44,040 bases of DNA from an uncultured Parcubacteria group bacterium. GTDB taxonomy: Bacteria; Patescibacteriota; Minisyncoccia; UBA6257; 2-01-FULL-56-20. Both the position numbers and the translations under genes were made by a program. Below, piece after piece: positions 8,260-17,584 of the stretch (the first letter of the stretch is position 1; each line of letters begins with the position of its first letter). The stretch lies in contig CAJAQL010000001.1 in NCBI GenBank assembly GCA_903944135.1, positions 1-44,040 of the forward strand. The letters run 5' to 3'. Under the pieces are notes generated by a model. That model was given only the letters and a program-made list of their open reading frames with translations. It was not told the DNA's origin and did no database searches.

Positions 8260-10539
8260 ATGGACCTCATCATCGTCGAATCACCAACCAAAGCAAAGAC
8301 CATCGGCAAATTCGTCGGCAAGGATTTTGTCGTCGAATCGTCCTACGGACATATCCGCGATCTGCCCAAAAGCAAGATCGGCATTGATGTAAAGCACGAT
8401 TTCGAACCGACCTATGTCATTCCCAAAAAAGCGGAACCGGTGGTTGAGAATCTCAGACGCCTCGCCAAGAAAGCGACGCGCGTCATTCTCGCAACTGATG
8501 AAGACCGCGAAGGAGAAGCGATCGCATGGCATCTGATCCAGGCGCTTGATCTTGAGAAGAAAGGGAAAGAAAAACCGACGGAACGCATTGCCTTCCACGA
8601 GATCACAAAAGACGCGATCCTCCGCGCACTCGAGCATCCGCGCGATCTCGACATCAATCTTGTCGATGCTCAACAAGCGCGGCGCGTGCTCGATCGCCTT
8701 GTCGGTTATGAGCTCTCCCCGTTCCTCTGGCGCAAGGTGCGCTATGGGCTTTCCGCCGGCCGCGTGCAGAGCGTCGCCGTCCGTCTTGTCGTCGAGCGCG
8801 AACGCCTGATCCAAGCTTTTAATAAAGAAGAGTATTGGACGATCGAAGGAAAGTTCCTGCCAGAAAAATCCAAAACATCCTTCCCTGCTACGCTTATTTC
8901 CATAAATGACAAAGCAGTCGGCAAAATGGGCATCACGACCGAAGCCGATGCAAAGAAGATCGTGGATGGCGTCCGCGATGCAAAGTTCCATATCAAGGAT
9001 ATTGCCGTGAAGGATGTTCGCCGCAATCCATCGGCGCCATTCACCACATCGACGCTCCAACAGGAAGCGGCACGCAAGCTCGGCTTCTCGGCAAAACAGA
9101 CCATGATGATCGCCCAGCACCTCTATGAGAATGGCTTCATTACCTATATGAGAACCGACAGCGTGAATCTCGCCGAGTCCGCGCTCGTTCAGGCACGCAC
9201 CGTGATCACGGAAGAGTTCGGCGCGAATTACGCCATTCCCGAACCGCGACGCTATACCACAAAAAGCAAAGGCGCACAGGAAGCACATGAAGCCATCCGC
9301 CCGACCGATCTCAGTAAGACCTCGGCCGGATCGCTTGGCATCAAAGATCGGAACAGCGTCCGGCTTTACGATCTCATCTGGAAACGCACCATCGCCTCGC
9401 AAATGAGAGAAGCACTCCTTGAACAGACTGCCATCGATATCGAAGCCGAAACTGCGCAAAAAGAAACCTTCCGCGCCAACGGCCAAACCGTCAAATTTGA
9501 CGGTTTTATCCGCGTTTATACCGAAGGCCGCGATGACGACGCATCCGATGAAATTGAAGGAAAATTGCCGAAGCTTGAGATTGATCAACCGCTCTCGCTC
9601 GAAGAAATATCGCCGATCCAGCATTTTACCGAACCACCGGCACGCTACACGGATGCTACGCTCGTGAAAGCACTTGAAGCGGAAGGTATCGGCCGGCCAT
9701 CGACCTACGCACCGACGCTCTCGACCGTTCAGGACCGCGGCTATGTCGAAAAGATCGAGAAGAAATATCAGCCGACCGAGATCGGCATCCTCGTGAATGA
9801 CCTGCTGGTCGAGAATTTTCCGGAGATCGTCGACATCAAATTCACGTCGCGCATCGAAGAGGAATTCGACGAGATCGCCGAAGGCAAAATGAAATGGACC
9901 GACGTCTGCCGCGATTTCTATATTCCGTTCAAAAAGAATCTCGCCGAAAAAGAAGCGTCCGTCGAAAAGCAGGTCGAGATATCGGATGTCCCCTGTCCGC
10001 AACATCCGGGCGAAATGATGATCATCAAATTCGGACGCATGGGAAAATTCCTCGCCTGTCCTCAACCAGGCGTGAAGATCACGCTCCCGATGCCGGAAGA
10101 AGCTGCCGAGATCAAGGCGCTCGAAGAAAAAACGAAGGATGAACGCTGCCCGATCTGCGGCAAGCCGATGAAGGTGCGGCGCGGACGTTTCGGATATTTC
10201 CTCGGCTGCATCGATTATCCCACCTGCAAAGGCATCTCGAAGATCTGGGACAAAACCGGCTTTAAATGCCCGAATTGTAAATGGCAAACAGAGAATGGCA
10301 AATGGACCAGAAACGAGAACGAATCGGAAAATAGCCCAAAGATCGGCGATATCGTCCTTAAAAAATCCCGCGGACGCGGCCGACCATTCTACGCCTGCAA
10401 TCGCTGGCCCGCGTGCACATTCCTCATGAGCAAAAAGCCGGAATCCGAGGCTGACCTTGAAGAAGCATTCAAGGAATGGCAGAAAAATCCACCGAAAGAA
10501 AAGAAAACAAAATCGCCATACAGCAAAAAAGCCGCTTGA
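8260..10539 (+). CDS. topA: DNA topoisomerase I
   Basis: IVESPTKAKTI, ATDEDREGE, SAGRVQS, ITYMRTD, AHEAIRPT; C-terminal Zn ribbons. Confidence 0.98.
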   Translation: MDLIIVESPTKAKTIGKFVGKDFVVESSYGHIRDLPKSKIGIDVKHDFEPTYVIPKKAEPVVENLRRLAKKATRVILATDEDREGEAIAWHLIQALDLEKKGKEKPTERIAFHEITKDAILRALEHPRDLDINLVDAQQARRVLDRLVGYELSPFLWRKVRYGLSAGRVQSVAVRLVVERERLIQAFNKEEYWTIEGKFLPEKSKTSFPATLISINDKAVGKMGITTEADAKKIVDGVRDAKFHIKDIAVKDVRRNPSAPFTTSTLQQEAARKLGFSAKQTMMIAQHLYENGFITYMRTDSVNLAESALVQARTVITEEFGANYAIPEPRRYTTKSKGAQEAHEAIRPTDLSKTSAGSLGIKDRNSVRLYDLIWKRTIASQMREALLEQTAIDIEAETAQKETFRANGQTVKFDGFIRVYTEGRDDDASDEIEGKLPKLEIDQPLSLEEISPIQHFTEPPARYTDATLVKALEAEGIGRPSTYAPTLSTVQDRGYVEKIEKKYQPTEIGILVNDLLVENFPEIVDIKFTSRIEEEFDEIAEGKMKWTDVCRDFYIPFKKNLAEKEASVEKQVEISDVPCPQHPGEMMIIKFGRMGKFLACPQPGVKITLPMPEEAAEIKALEEKTKDERCPICGKPMKVRRGRFGYFLGCIDYPTCKGISKIWDKTGFKCPNCKWQTENGKWTRNENESENSPKIGDIVLKKSRGRGRPFYACNRWPACTFLMSKKPESEADLEEAFKEWQKNPPKEKKTKSPYSKKAA

Positions 10540-10558
10540 TAAAAGCGGTTTTTATTTG
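10525..10558 (+). terminator. Probable topA terminator
   Basis: AAAAGCCGCTT-GATAA-AAGCGGTTTTT hairpin over the stop codon, followed by a T-rich run. Confidence 0.55.
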
Positions 10559-10560
10559 CC

Positions 10561-10626
10561 TGAGATCTATTTTAAAATTTAAAACTATTTCATCTGCGAG
10601 CTGGAGTATTTTTGAGATAGGCTCTA
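10561..10626. mobile_element. MITE-like element, copy A
   Basis: Shares the exact 22-mer GCTGGAGTATTTTTGAGATAGG with 11758-11779; degenerate left inverted end. Confidence 0.6.
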
Positions 10627-10636
10627 AAATAAAAGC

Positions 10637-11647
10637 ATGACCGCATTTTCGAAAAAGATCATCTTGACCGGCGACCGCCCGACGGGAAAGCTTCACCTGG
10701 GACACTATGTCGGCTCGCTCGCGAACCGCGTAAAACTACAGGACGAATATCAGCAATTCATCATCATTGCCGACATGCAGGCCCTGACTGATAATGCAGA
10801 AAATCCCGAAAAGGTCCGGGATAATATCATCGAAGTCGCACTTGATTATCTTGCCGCCGGCATCGACCCGGAAAGATCAACTATCTTCATCCAATCGCTC
10901 GTTCCGGAACTTGCCGAGCTCACGATGTATTTCATGAACCTCGTCACCCTGGCGCGCGCCGAGCGAAATCCGACCGTGAAGGATGAGATGAAGCAGAAAG
11001 GCTTCGGGGCTGATGTTCCCATGGGTTTTTTGGCCTACCCCATCAGCCAGGCCGCCGATATTCTTGCCTTCAAGGCGAATCTCGTACCGGTAGGCAACGA
11101 TCAGGAACCGATGATCGAGCAGACGAACGAGATCGCGGAAAAGTTCAACCGCATCTATGCCCCGATCTTTCCTGAAGTGAAATCTCTTATTTCTGAAACG
11201 CCGCGCCTCATAGGAACTGATGGCAAGGCGAAAATGAGCAAATCGCTCGGCAATGCCATTCTTTTGTCCGATAACGATGACGCTATCGCAAAAAAAGTGA
11301 CGGATATGTACACCGATCCGAACCACATCCGCGTCAGCGACCCGGGAACCGTAAAAGGCAATGTTGTCTTCACCTATCTCGATCTTTTCGATCCCGACAA
11401 AGCAGAGATCAAAAAATTGAAAGAACGATACCGCGAAGGCGGTCTTGGAGACGTCGTCCTCAAAAAACGGCTCACGGAAATTCTGAGGAGTATCATCGGG
11501 CCGATGCGCGAACGGCGCAACGAACTCGCGAAAGATCCCGATGCCATTCGGAAGATATTAAAAGAGGGAACTGAACGTGCACGTGCGACCACCGCAGCAA
11601 CGCTCCATGATGTCAGAAACGCAATGAAGATCGATTATTTCGGATAG
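10637..11647 (+). CDS. trpS: Tryptophan--tRNA ligase
   Basis: [34 protein letters not shown]. Confidence 0.97.
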   Translation: MTAFSKKIILTGDRPTGKLHLGHYVGSLANRVKLQDEYQQFIIIADMQALTDNAENPEKVRDNIIEVALDYLAAGIDPERSTIFIQSLVPELAELTMYFMNLVTLARAERNPTVKDEMKQKGFGADVPMGFLAYPISQAADILAFKANLVPVGNDQEPMIEQTNEIAEKFNRIYAPIFPEVKSLISETPRLIGTDGKAKMSKSLGNAILLSDNDDAIAKKVTDMYTDPNHIRVSDPGTVKGNVVFTYLDLFDPDKAEIKKLKERYREGGLGDVVLKKRLTEILRSIIGPMRERRNELAKDPDAIRKILKEGTERARATTAATLHDVRNAMKIDYFG

Positions 11648-11721
11648 CGCCGAAACCCATTCTGCCATTCCAAGCACCGCAAGGAATCTTTTTTGTTATA
11701 TAGCTCATTTTCCGAACCGGT

Positions 11722-11784
11722 TGAGAATCTATCTTGAAACTATGCCCGCGGCGCAGGGCTGGAGTATTTTTGAGATAGGTTTTA
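11722..11784. mobile_element. MITE-like element, copy B
   Basis: Ends AGAATCTATCTTGAAA ... TTTTTGAGATAGGTTTTA form an imperfect inverted repeat; 22-mer shared with copy A. Confidence 0.6.
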
Positions 11785-11794
11785 GGATAAATAT

Positions 11795-13501
11795 ATGCCG
11801 ACACCCGAACTCATCAAGAAAGATCCCGACGGTCTCGTTGCGCGCGCTTATGCATTCGCGGAAAAGGCGCATCGCGGACAGATGAGAAAAAGCGGCGAAC
11901 CATACCTCAAACATCCCCTCGCCGCCGCAGAAACGCTTGCATCATGGCACATGGACGACGCGACGATCGCGGCAGGACTGCTCCATGATACGATCGAAGA
12001 TACCGGCACGCCTCTTGAAACCATAAAGAAAGAATTCGGCGACGAGGTCGCTTTCCTCGTGAACGGCGTGACGAAGCTCGGACATTTCAAATATCGCGGC
12101 GAAGAGCAGGACTCAAAGAACCAAGCGGAAAATCTGCGCAAGATGGTCATCGCCCTCTCCGAAGATCTGCGCGTCGTTTTCATAAAACTTGCCGACCGTC
12201 TGCACAACATGAGAACGCTCGCCGCGCTTCCTCCCGCCAAACAGAAAAGGATAGCGCTCGAGACCGACGAGATCTACGCACCCTTGGCATACCGTCTCGG
12301 CATGTATAATCTTTCCGGCGAACTACAGGATCTCGCCTTCCCTTTTCTCTATCCGAAAGAATATGAATGGCTCATCAAGAACACCAAGGAACAATACGAA
12401 ACGCGGCTCGCCTATCTTGAAGCCATCAAACCGGAAGTGGAAAAAGTTCTCCGCGCACATGACATCGCACCACTTGAGATCGAGATCCGAGCAAAGCGAT
12501 ACAGCAGCCTGTATAAAAAACTCCTGAGGCGGAGCATGGATATGGGCAGGATCTACGATATGGTCGCCCTGCGCGTCATCGTCGCGACCATTCCGGAATG
12601 CTATGCGGCGCTCGGCGTCATCCATGAAACATGGCCGCCGGTGCCGCGCCGCATCAAGGATTACATCGCTATGCCAAAACCGAACGGCTATCGCAGCCTG
12701 CATACGACCGTGATCGGCCCGGAGGAAAAGACGATGGAAATACAGATCAGAACCCGCGAAATGCACGATGAGGACCAATTCGGCGTTGCCGCACACTGGC
12801 TCTACAAAGAAAAAGGCGCGAACAAGATATCGGGGAAAAAGCTCGCCGAAGAACTGACCTGGGTACAGCAACTCAAAGCGTGGCAGGATCATTTTTCCGG
12901 ACAGACGACGGACGCTACGGAGATGCTCCAGGCAATGAAGGTCGATTTCTTCCAGCATCGGATATTCGCCGTATCGCCGCGCGGCGACGTCATTGACCTT
13001 CCTGCGGAATCGACCCCGGTTGATTTCGCCTATCATATCCATTCCGAAGTCGGCAATACCTGCGTCGGCGCAAAAGTGAACGGTGTTCTGGTTCCCCTCG
13101 ACCATAAACTGAAATCGGGCGACGTCGTGCAGATCCTCACGCAAAAAGGGAAAAAACCATCCGAGGATTGGCTCCGTTTCGCAAAAAGCTCGATCACACG
13201 CGATCATATCCGCATCGCGCTTCGAAACAAGAATAAATTAATAAAAGGAATAAAAGGCCCGACGCACTGCGAACTGAAGCTTGTCGTAGAAAACCGCGTC
13301 GGACTCATCAAGGATGTCTCCGCAGTGATCGCACGAAACCATATCGGCATCCTGAGTTTCCATTCCGACAATCCGAAGGACAACCGCTATTCGTTCAATA
13401 AAGCCGAGGTCCAGCTCACGGACAAAGCAAAGATAGAAAAATTGATCGTCAAACTCAAGACGATCCCAGGCGTGAAAGAGATCAGCTACCGCATGATATA
13501 G
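11795..13501 (+). CDS. relA: RelA/SpoT (p)ppGpp synthetase/hydrolase
   Basis: RKSGEPY, LLHDTIEDT, KLADRLHNMRT, KPNGYRSLHT, EIQIRT, TGS (TPVDFAY) and ACT domains. Confidence 0.95.
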   Translation: MPTPELIKKDPDGLVARAYAFAEKAHRGQMRKSGEPYLKHPLAAAETLASWHMDDATIAAGLLHDTIEDTGTPLETIKKEFGDEVAFLVNGVTKLGHFKYRGEEQDSKNQAENLRKMVIALSEDLRVVFIKLADRLHNMRTLAALPPAKQKRIALETDEIYAPLAYRLGMYNLSGELQDLAFPFLYPKEYEWLIKNTKEQYETRLAYLEAIKPEVEKVLRAHDIAPLEIEIRAKRYSSLYKKLLRRSMDMGRIYDMVALRVIVATIPECYAALGVIHETWPPVPRRIKDYIAMPKPNGYRSLHTTVIGPEEKTMEIQIRTREMHDEDQFGVAAHWLYKEKGANKISGKKLAEELTWVQQLKAWQDHFSGQTTDATEMLQAMKVDFFQHRIFAVSPRGDVIDLPAESTPVDFAYHIHSEVGNTCVGAKVNGVLVPLDHKLKSGDVVQILTQKGKKPSEDWLRFAKSSITRDHIRIALRNKNKLIKGIKGPTHCELKLVVENRVGLIKDVSAVIARNHIGILSFHSDNPKDNRYSFNKAEVQLTDKAKIEKLIVKLKTIPGVKEISYRMI

Positions 13502-13604
13502 ATTCAGTCTCTATCCCGACCCCGCATCGGTGGGATAAATTTCTGACGGGATCCAGTTCTCTCTTTTTCTTTTTCCAAAACTCCGTGCCGCAGGAGGATA
13601 ACAA

Positions 13605-14804
13605 TTATCCTTCCTGCATCCCTAACTTTCTTAAAATATTTCCGAGTTCTTCTTCTGAATAGAATGTGATCGTTATCTTGCCGTTTCCGGCTCCCTTTTG
13701 GATCTGTACCGGTGCACCCAAAGACGAGGAAAGTTCATCCTGCATGGCCCGCATCTCGGGTGGCAAGTTCGCTTCCATTTCCGCAAGCGATGGCCGTCCG
13801 CGATGGCCGATGCCTCCGCTGAACCGCTTTACGCGCTCTTTCACGTCGCGCGTCGTGAGCCCGTGCTCGGCAATATCGTCAAAAAGCTGCTTCTGGGCGG
13901 CAGGATCCTCCACGGCAAGGAGAAGTCGTGCGTGGCTTTCCGACAAGCCTCCTTTTTGGAGCGCATCCTGGATATATTCCGGCAGATCAAGAAGGCGCAT
14001 CGTGTTCGCCACCGTTTCCCGGCTCTTACCGAGCTTCGCGGCGATCTCGCGCTGGGTCATGCGGAATTCCTCCTGAAGGCGCTGGAACGCACGCGCCATT
14101 TCGACGGCGTTCAGATTCTCGCGCTGAAGATTCTCTATAACGGCAAGCTCGAGCTTTTCGCGCTCAAGATCGACATTCCGGATGATGGCGGGAATGACAC
14201 GCAAACCAAGCAGTTTCGCTGCACGCAACCGGCGTTCGCCGGCAATAAGCTGATATTCCACTTCAACGCCACCCAAGGTTTCCTTTTCAACTTTGGAAAC
14301 CACGATCGGCTGGAGAATGCCGAACTCACGGATGGAATTCGCCATCTCGCGTATCGCGTCCTCATTGAACTCGCGGCGTGGCTGACCGGGATTCGGATGT
14401 ATCTTCTCGACTTCAAGATGGAAAATATAATCTTCCGGCGCATGCTCCTCTTTCTTCGGCTTCACGTCGGGAACGGCAGGGGAAGAACCGATCGATTGAT
14501 GGATGACCGGCGGAACCGACAGGATCGGTTTGTCAGGTTTCGGCAGGCTAAATTCCTGCGGCGCGGCAATGTCCGTTTCAGCAGGACGAGCCGGAAGATC
14601 CAATTCATCCTTGGGCGCAGAAAGATCAATGCGCACCGGCTCGGCAGGTAAAGTTTGCGGAACAACCGCGGCATTTCCCGGAGAAAAAATTCCAGGAATA
14701 ACCTTGCTGGCATTCATAGAGGGTGTCGTGTTCGGACTGGTCGGTGGCTGATTCGCCGCATTCCCTTTTTGCGGTATGAGAGATTCTAATCCTTTGCCAA
14801 GCAT
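13605..14804 (-). CDS. parB: ParB/Spo0J partition protein
   Basis: LGKGLESLI, NPGQPR, GILQPIVV, IAGERRLRA, ENLQRENL, HTH. Confidence 0.96.
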   Translation of the reverse strand: MLGKGLESLIPQKGNAANQPPTSPNTTPSMNASKVIPGIFSPGNAAVVPQTLPAEPVRIDLSAPKDELDLPARPAETDIAAPQEFSLPKPDKPILSVPPVIHQSIGSSPAVPDVKPKKEEHAPEDYIFHLEVEKIHPNPGQPRREFNEDAIREMANSIREFGILQPIVVSKVEKETLGGVEVEYQLIAGERRLRAAKLLGLRVIPAIIRNVDLEREKLELAVIENLQRENLNAVEMARAFQRLQEEFRMTQREIAAKLGKSRETVANTMRLLDLPEYIQDALQKGGLSESHARLLLAVEDPAAQKQLFDDIAEHGLTTRDVKERVKRFSGGIGHRGRPSLAEMEANLPPEMRAMQDELSSSLGAPVQIQKGAGNGKITITFYSEEELGNILRKLGMQEG

Positions 14805-14852
14805 GATAAAAAGTTAAAAGTTAAAATAGGAAGGAAAATTTGATATCGATCT

Positions 14853-15674
14853 TCATACGTTGAAATCTCCGAAATCTTTGCTTGCTGCAGCCCCTTCCGG
14901 TACCGAGGTCTTCATTTCGTCCGCGATCACTTCGTCGGCAAGCCGACGATACGCTTCGGCGCCGCTCGAATCCGGGCGATACAGAATGACCGGCCGCGAA
15001 TAGCTTGGTGCTTCAGCAAGCGCGACGCTTCGCGGCACCTCGACCGCGAACACGCGATGCGGAAAATGTTCGCGGAGATTTTTCGCCACCTCACGGCTCA
15101 AATGTTCCCGTTTATTATACATCGTAATGAGCGCGCCCGAAATCGCGATCGGATGGTCAAGGTTGTTTTTGATGAGCTCGATGGTCTCCAAAAGCTGGCC
15201 CAATCCTTCCAGGCTGTAATATTCCGCCTGCACCGGAATGATGACCTCATCCGCCGCCATAAGCCCGTTCAACGCAAGCAAGCTCAAACTCGGCGGCAGA
15301 TCAATCAGGATATAATCGTACTGATGCCGCACGCGATTCAAAAATTTCCGCAGAAAATATTCGCGTTCCGGCATACCGACCAACTCGACAAGTGCACCGG
15401 CAAGATGCGGCGCGGCAGGAATAAAATGATAGTTATAGATCTGACTCGGTAGGATAAGCTCTTCCTGTGTCGCCTCGCCGATGATGCCATGATAGATGCT
15501 CTTGCCGCCTTTTGCCTGGTCATAACCCAATGCCGAACTCGCGTTCGCCTGCGGATCAAAATCGACGAGCAAAACCCGGCGTCCCGCGAGCGCCAGATAC
15601 GCGCCAAGGTTGACAGCGGTCGTCGTTTTTCCGACGCCGCCCTTCTGATTGCAGATCGCGATGACACGTGCCAT
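14853..15674 (-). CDS. parA: ParA/Soj ATPase
   Basis: NQKGGVGKTTT, DFDPQAN, IDLPPSL, LAEAPS. Confidence 0.97.
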   Translation of the reverse strand: MARVIAICNQKGGVGKTTTAVNLGAYLALAGRRVLLVDFDPQANASSALGYDQAKGGKSIYHGIIGEATQEELILPSQIYNYHFIPAAPHLAGALVELVGMPEREYFLRKFLNRVRHQYDYILIDLPPSLSLLALNGLMAADEVIIPVQAEYYSLEGLGQLLETIELIKNNLDHPIAISGALITMYNKREHLSREVAKNLREHFPHRVFAVEVPRSVALAEAPSYSRPVILYRPDSSGAEAYRRLADEVIADEMKTSVPEGAAASKDFGDFNV

Positions 15675-15733
15675 ATGTCAGTATTATATCGCGAAACGCG
15701 CGAGGTTCATAGCGCTTTGTCCTGTTTAAAAAA

Positions 15734-15790
15734 CAGAAAAACCTCGCGCAGATAAAGCTTACGAAAGGCTTTTCCGTACGAGGTTAAAAA
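15734..15790 (-). terminator. Possible terminator after the small membrane gene
   Basis: Imperfect hairpin AACCTCG...AAAGCTT-ACGA-AAGGCTTT...CGAGGTT with an adjacent A-tract. Confidence 0.45.
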
Positions 15791-15990
15791 AGATGGAATC
15801 GCTGAGCCGCCCTGTGAATCGCAAGAACGGATACGCACAAAGTAAAATACACTATAATGCTGCCGAAAGCGCAGAAATCCGCAACGACATCGCTCTTGGT
15901 GTTCTTATAGGCCACAACCTCGGCGATGATAGCAACCATCACGGCTACCGGCAGGAAAAACCAATTCGAACTCACTTTGGTTTTTGGCAT
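15784..15990 (-). CDS. Small two-TM hypothetical protein
   Basis: Strong SD (AAGGAGG) and a TTGACG-17-TATTCT promoter upstream; two hydrophobic helices. Confidence 0.75.
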   Translation of the reverse strand: MPKTKVSSNWFFLPVAVMVAIIAEVVAYKNTKSDVVADFCAFGSIIVYFTLCVSVLAIHRAAQRFHLF

Positions 15991-16120
15991 GGCAAACGTC
16001 CTCCTTTTTTCAGAATAATACCGATAAAATGTCGCGTCAAATATTTTCAGCGCACTATCCCACTTTGAAAAATAGGTCGGGTAAAGTTTATATTTTAAAG
16101 GCGAGGTCTATAATGAAACT

Positions 16121-17014
16121 ATGCCTCAGACCGAATTGCAGAAATTGATCACCGATTATCTCGCCTACCTTGAGATCGAAAAAAATCGGTCGCCAAAGAC
16201 ACGGGAGAATTATGAACACTATCTGAATGTTTTCATGGAGTTCGCCGGAATAAAAAATCCCGCGGAGATCACGGACCAGCTTGTCCGCGAATTCCGCATG
16301 ACCATTGCGCGCCGGAATATTAAAAAAATAACGCAGAGCTATTACGTCATCGCCCTGCGGAACTTCCTTAAATATCTCGCGAAGCGCGATATCGCGTCCC
16401 TCTCGCCGGACAAGATAGAACTGCCAAAAACGCCATCGCGGCAGATCGAAACCCTGGCCTACGGCGATCTCGAACGGTTGCTCGCGGCACCGAAGAGCGA
16501 CAGTTTGCGCGATCTCCGCGATAAAGCGATCCTCGAGACGTTCTTTTCAACCGGCCTCCGCCTTGCGGAGCTTTGTTCGCTCGACCGCTATCTTGACCTC
16601 GAACGCGGCGAATTCTCGGTACGCGGCAAGGGCGATAAGATCCGCGTCGTGTTCCTTTCCTCGTCAGCAAAAGACGCCATCAAAAATTATCTCAAAAAAC
16701 GGGTCGATGTCGAAGAAGCGCTTTTTATCAGCATCGATAAATCGGGCAAGGTGATCGGCCGCATCACGCCGCGATCGGCGGAACGCGTCGTGACATCTCG
16801 CGCCCTTCAGGCGGGCATCGCAAAACCCGTGCACGCGCATGAACTTCGGCATAGTTTCGCGACCGATCTCCTCATGAATGGCGCCGATCTCCGCTCGGTC
16901 CAGGCGCTCCTCGGCCATGCGAACATTTCAACGACTCAGATCTATACCCATCTCACCGACAAACAGCTCCACGAGATCCACAAAGAATATCACGGAAAGA
17001 GGCGGGAAGAATAA
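16121..17014 (+). CDS. XerC/XerD-type tyrosine recombinase
   Basis: SAM-like N-domain, TGLRLAEL, GKGDK, HELRHSFAT, LLGHA, TQIYTH catalytic set; no cargo or att sites seen around it. Confidence 0.95.
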   Translation: MPQTELQKLITDYLAYLEIEKNRSPKTRENYEHYLNVFMEFAGIKNPAEITDQLVREFRMTIARRNIKKITQSYYVIALRNFLKYLAKRDIASLSPDKIELPKTPSRQIETLAYGDLERLLAAPKSDSLRDLRDKAILETFFSTGLRLAELCSLDRYLDLERGEFSVRGKGDKIRVVFLSSSAKDAIKNYLKKRVDVEEALFISIDKSGKVIGRITPRSAERVVTSRALQAGIAKPVHAHELRHSFATDLLMNGADLRSVQALLGHANISTTQIYTHLTDKQLHEIHKEYHGKRREE

Positions 17015-17188
17015 AAAAAATTTAGCATCGTCCCCGAAGGGGGGATGAACTGTGCTTCCTGCTTTTTTAAAATTTTTTATAAGCACATATCCTCAGTCTC
17101 CATGAAGGATGACAAAAATCCAACATAAAAAATTCCCCGCTTCGTCATGATGACCGAAGCGAGGAACGGTTGAAAGAACGGGCACGGG

Positions 17189-17551
17189 TCATCCCCGATG
17201 CGCACGCAAACGATTTCGCCGAATTCGAAAGTGATACGTCCCCCATTGCGATCCGGCGATTGCTGCAACAAAAATGATTGCTTCCTTCCACTGCAGATGG
17301 CGACCTCCCATGAAACACGAGATGGCACCGACGATCATCATGAGACCGAAGAAATATCCCATGAAATACGTTTCGTCGATCCATGCGACCACGGCCGACG
17401 CGACGACAACCTGAGTCAGAACGACCCAAAAAACCGTCGTTGGACGGAAACCGGCGTATATGCCGACGATCGCCTCAGCAAGAAATACGATCACCGCCAG
17501 CGTTGCGAACAATCCCATTTTATTGCTGGGACTGAGTTGAATGCTGAACAT
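17189..17551 (-). CDS. Small multi-pass membrane hypothetical protein
   Basis: About four hydrophobic segments; GAGGAGG SD upstream of the ATG. Confidence 0.75.
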   Translation of the reverse strand: MFSIQLSPSNKMGLFATLAVIVFLAEAIVGIYAGFRPTTVFWVVLTQVVVASAVVAWIDETYFMGYFFGLMMIVGAISCFMGGRHLQWKEAIIFVAAIAGSQWGTYHFRIRRNRLRAHRG

Positions 17552-17584
17552 GACAAAGCCCTCCTCTGATTCTTTTTATCACAA

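Noticed and set aside
832-14651. Long antisense ORFs (832-1983, 8281-10287, 12323-13207, 13698-14651, and others such as 21155-22372)
   Set aside because: They mirror well-supported genes on the opposite strand and have no recognisable motifs
15991-16120. dif or parS site near xer/parAB
   Set aside because: No convincing match to the dif consensus or to TGTTTCACGTGAAACA by eye
16121-17014. Tyrosine recombinase as a phage or island integrase
   Set aside because: Size and motifs fit a chromosomal Xer enzyme; no phage genes or flanking att repeats were seen
17077-17328. Frameshifted continuation of the 17189-17551 membrane gene
   Set aside because: The main ORF ends plausibly with a basic tail, and the alternative frames show no supporting signal
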